Assembly (NCBI GenBank): GCA_951406725.2
Contig: OX597814.1
Location: 33,852,001-33,916,000, forward strand
Source: Octopus vulgaris
Lineage: Eukaryota
Direction: 5' to 3'
Length of the DNA stretch: 64,000 bases
Made by a program: the position numbers and the translations under genes. Position 1 is the first letter of the stretch. Each line of letters opens with the position of its first letter. Of the stretch, positions 61,901 to 64,000 are shown one piece after another. The notes beneath the pieces were generated by a model. It was given only the letters and a program-made list of their open reading frames with translations. It searched no databases and was not told where the DNA came from.

Positions 61901-62559
61901 AAACATCGTTAAGAGAGTGAGAAGGCGGTGACCTGGCAGAAACGTTAGCATGTTGGGCAAAATGTTTAGGGGTGTTACGTCTGCTGTTATGTTCAGATTT
62001 CAAATTTTGCCGAGGTCAACTTTGCCTTTCATCCTTTCGGGGTTGATAAATCAAGTACCAGTTACGCACTGGGGTCAATGTAATCGACTTTATCCGTTTG
62101 TCTGTCCTTGTTGTCCCCTCTATGTTTAGCCCCTTGTGGACAATAAAGAAATAAGAGAGTGAGAAAGGAGAAAGCAGAAATTTAAGTAAAGCCAAGGTAC
62201 AAACAACGGATGGTGCTATAGATAGCAAATTGACAGTCATTAGAGCCTTGCAATATTTGATCCGGTTTTCAGATCTGTGTTAAAAACTGCTGAGGTCAAT
62301 TTTGCTTTACGTCCTTTCCAGATTGGGAAAAATAAAGTAACTGATTGTGAATTGGTGGATTAGTGGAATTGTTAGAGTGCCGGATAAAATGTTTTGTGGT
62401 ATTTGTTCTGGTGCTTTGCATTTTGATTTCTTGTATGGTAGTTTTATTTCATCACTTGTTGCTCAGTTTAACACTATCATTTGGTTTTTGGGGGACAGCT
62501 TTTAGTAGGGGGTCATTCTATAGCAAACTGTTGAATGAAATCTCTGGATTGAGAATAAT

Positions 62560-62606
62560 TTCCTTCCTTCCTTCCTTCATTCCATCCTTCCTTCCTTCCT
62601 TCCTTC
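62560..62606. repeat. (TTCC)n microsatellite
   Basis: Direct reading. Confidence 0.85.
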
Positions 62607-63181
62607 ATTTCTTCTTTCCTTCTACCATTCATGGGGGCCTGAAGAAAACATGAAGTGGCATGAGCGCTATCTTTTCCTCCTTCATTAAGGTGTTTGGCAA
62701 TACGAGTGCTCTTTCGAAATCCACTTGAAAGGTACAGGTGAGTTTGTAAGAAGCACTCGTATTCCCAAACCATATTCTAATACCAAATCCATGACCTTAT
62801 AGCATGATCTAAATCTGACTCCCAACATGGTCCCTGAGGCCCACCGGTGCTCCCCAGAGAATTCGTAAAAAAATTGAAGCTATTAAAGATCTACACAATA
62901 TTGTTCGATAATAAAGACACTGTTAGTTAATAATAATTTATATGAAGACAGAATAATAATAAGAAAACAAAATTCAATAATTATTCCTTAAGAATCAATC
63001 ATATATAATCAATAATATATTACAATCAAGAATTTAAATTTTATAATTACAACAGTTTCATAATAAATTTGATATTTTTAATAGATCACTACACAATATC
63101 GTTTAATAATAAATTTAATAGATTTAATTTATCGAAATAAAGTATTTATTATTATTATTTTTTTAAAGATCATTTGTAACA

Positions 63182-64000
63182 ATGTCTGAACCATCTGCTA
63201 AAAAGGCAAAAACTGTGGAACTACAAAGATTTTATCATATTTGGTTTTGTATCTGTAAACTCAAAACCTATGTGTCTTGAATGCAATGCCATCATGACTA
63301 ATCATTCCATGAAGAAAGTTAAGCTGGAACAGCACCAGAAATTAAGGCATCCATCATCTGTTGGTAAAGATAGGGAATATTTTGAGATTAAAAAGAAAAT
63401 ACAGCCAATCAAACTACCTGACTTTGTAAAGAAGATAAATACTGAAAAAACAAAGACACTCAAACCAAATTATTTGGTCTCTGAAATTATTGCCAAGGTT
63501 GCAGCACCTCAGATTTATGGTGAGAAACTTGTCAAGCCCGCCATGATAGCTTGTGCAATGAAGTTCTGAGAAAAGATGCTACATATACTCTGAGTACAAT
63601 TCCACTTTCAAATAACACAATTACAAGAAGAATGGATGAAATGTTTAATTTTGTTGAGGAGAAGATTGTGGAAATTCTCCAAAAGACAAATTTTTCTATC
63701 CAGATTGATGATAGCACAATTCATAACCAAGCTATCCTTCTGGTCTATGTCAGATTCATCCATGAAGATGATATAAGGGATGAGATGTTATTCATTAAAA
63801 GTTTGTCTGAAACTACTAATGGAGAAGATATAGTCAATGAAGTAATGCAGTATTTTAATGATAAAAGTACTCCATTGACTAATTTGATCAACATTGCATC
63901 AGATGGAGCTGCAGCCATGACTGGAAAAGTGAAAGACTTTGTTTCTAGAATGAAATTGGTTGCTCCTCACATTTTTTATATACATTGCATTATCTACAGA
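63182..64000 (+). pseudogene. hAT (Buster/Charlie, ZBED5/SCAND3-like) transposase, frameshifted, runs off the window
   Basis: PMCLEC...MKKVKLEQHQKLRH (BED finger), GEKLVKP, IPLSNNTITRR, FSIQIDDST, LLVYVRFI, SDGAAAMTG, HCIIYR; frameshifts near 63220 and 63555. Confidence 0.85.

Noticed and set aside
63270-63569. Domesticated ZBED/SCAND-like gene
   Set aside because: Frameshifts on both sides of this ORF indicate a decayed hAT transposase; the C-terminus is outside the window

Overview
Eukaryotic, AT-rich, repeat-dense genomic DNA, most likely a coleoid cephalopod (Octopus-like). That assignment is inferred from the SINE families and the long single-exon C2H2 zinc-finger gene. There are two protein-coding genes, both on the minus strand. 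(1) A ~2,100-2,200 aa C2H2 zinc-finger protein (2626-9264) in which one three-finger module with near-identical recognition helices recurs six times, separated by long linkers. (2) A complete 12-exon nuclear gene for mitochondrial EF-Tu (TUFM, 58433->28180, 461 aa), reconstructed from GT-AG boundaries, with substitutions at normally conserved tRNA/aminoacyl-contact positions. The rest is mobile DNA: four SINE families, non-autonomous Helitrons, mariner, piggyBac-like and Merlin-like MITEs, Tigger/pogo, hAT (Buster/Charlie), RTE and CR1 relics, and several long foldback structures. The most striking non-genic features are an inverted pair of Penelope-type minimal hammerhead ribozyme motifs (54841-55004) and a TIR-bounded element made of two large hairpins (19608-20327). 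Most short ORFs in the ORF track are SINE read-through and are not genes.
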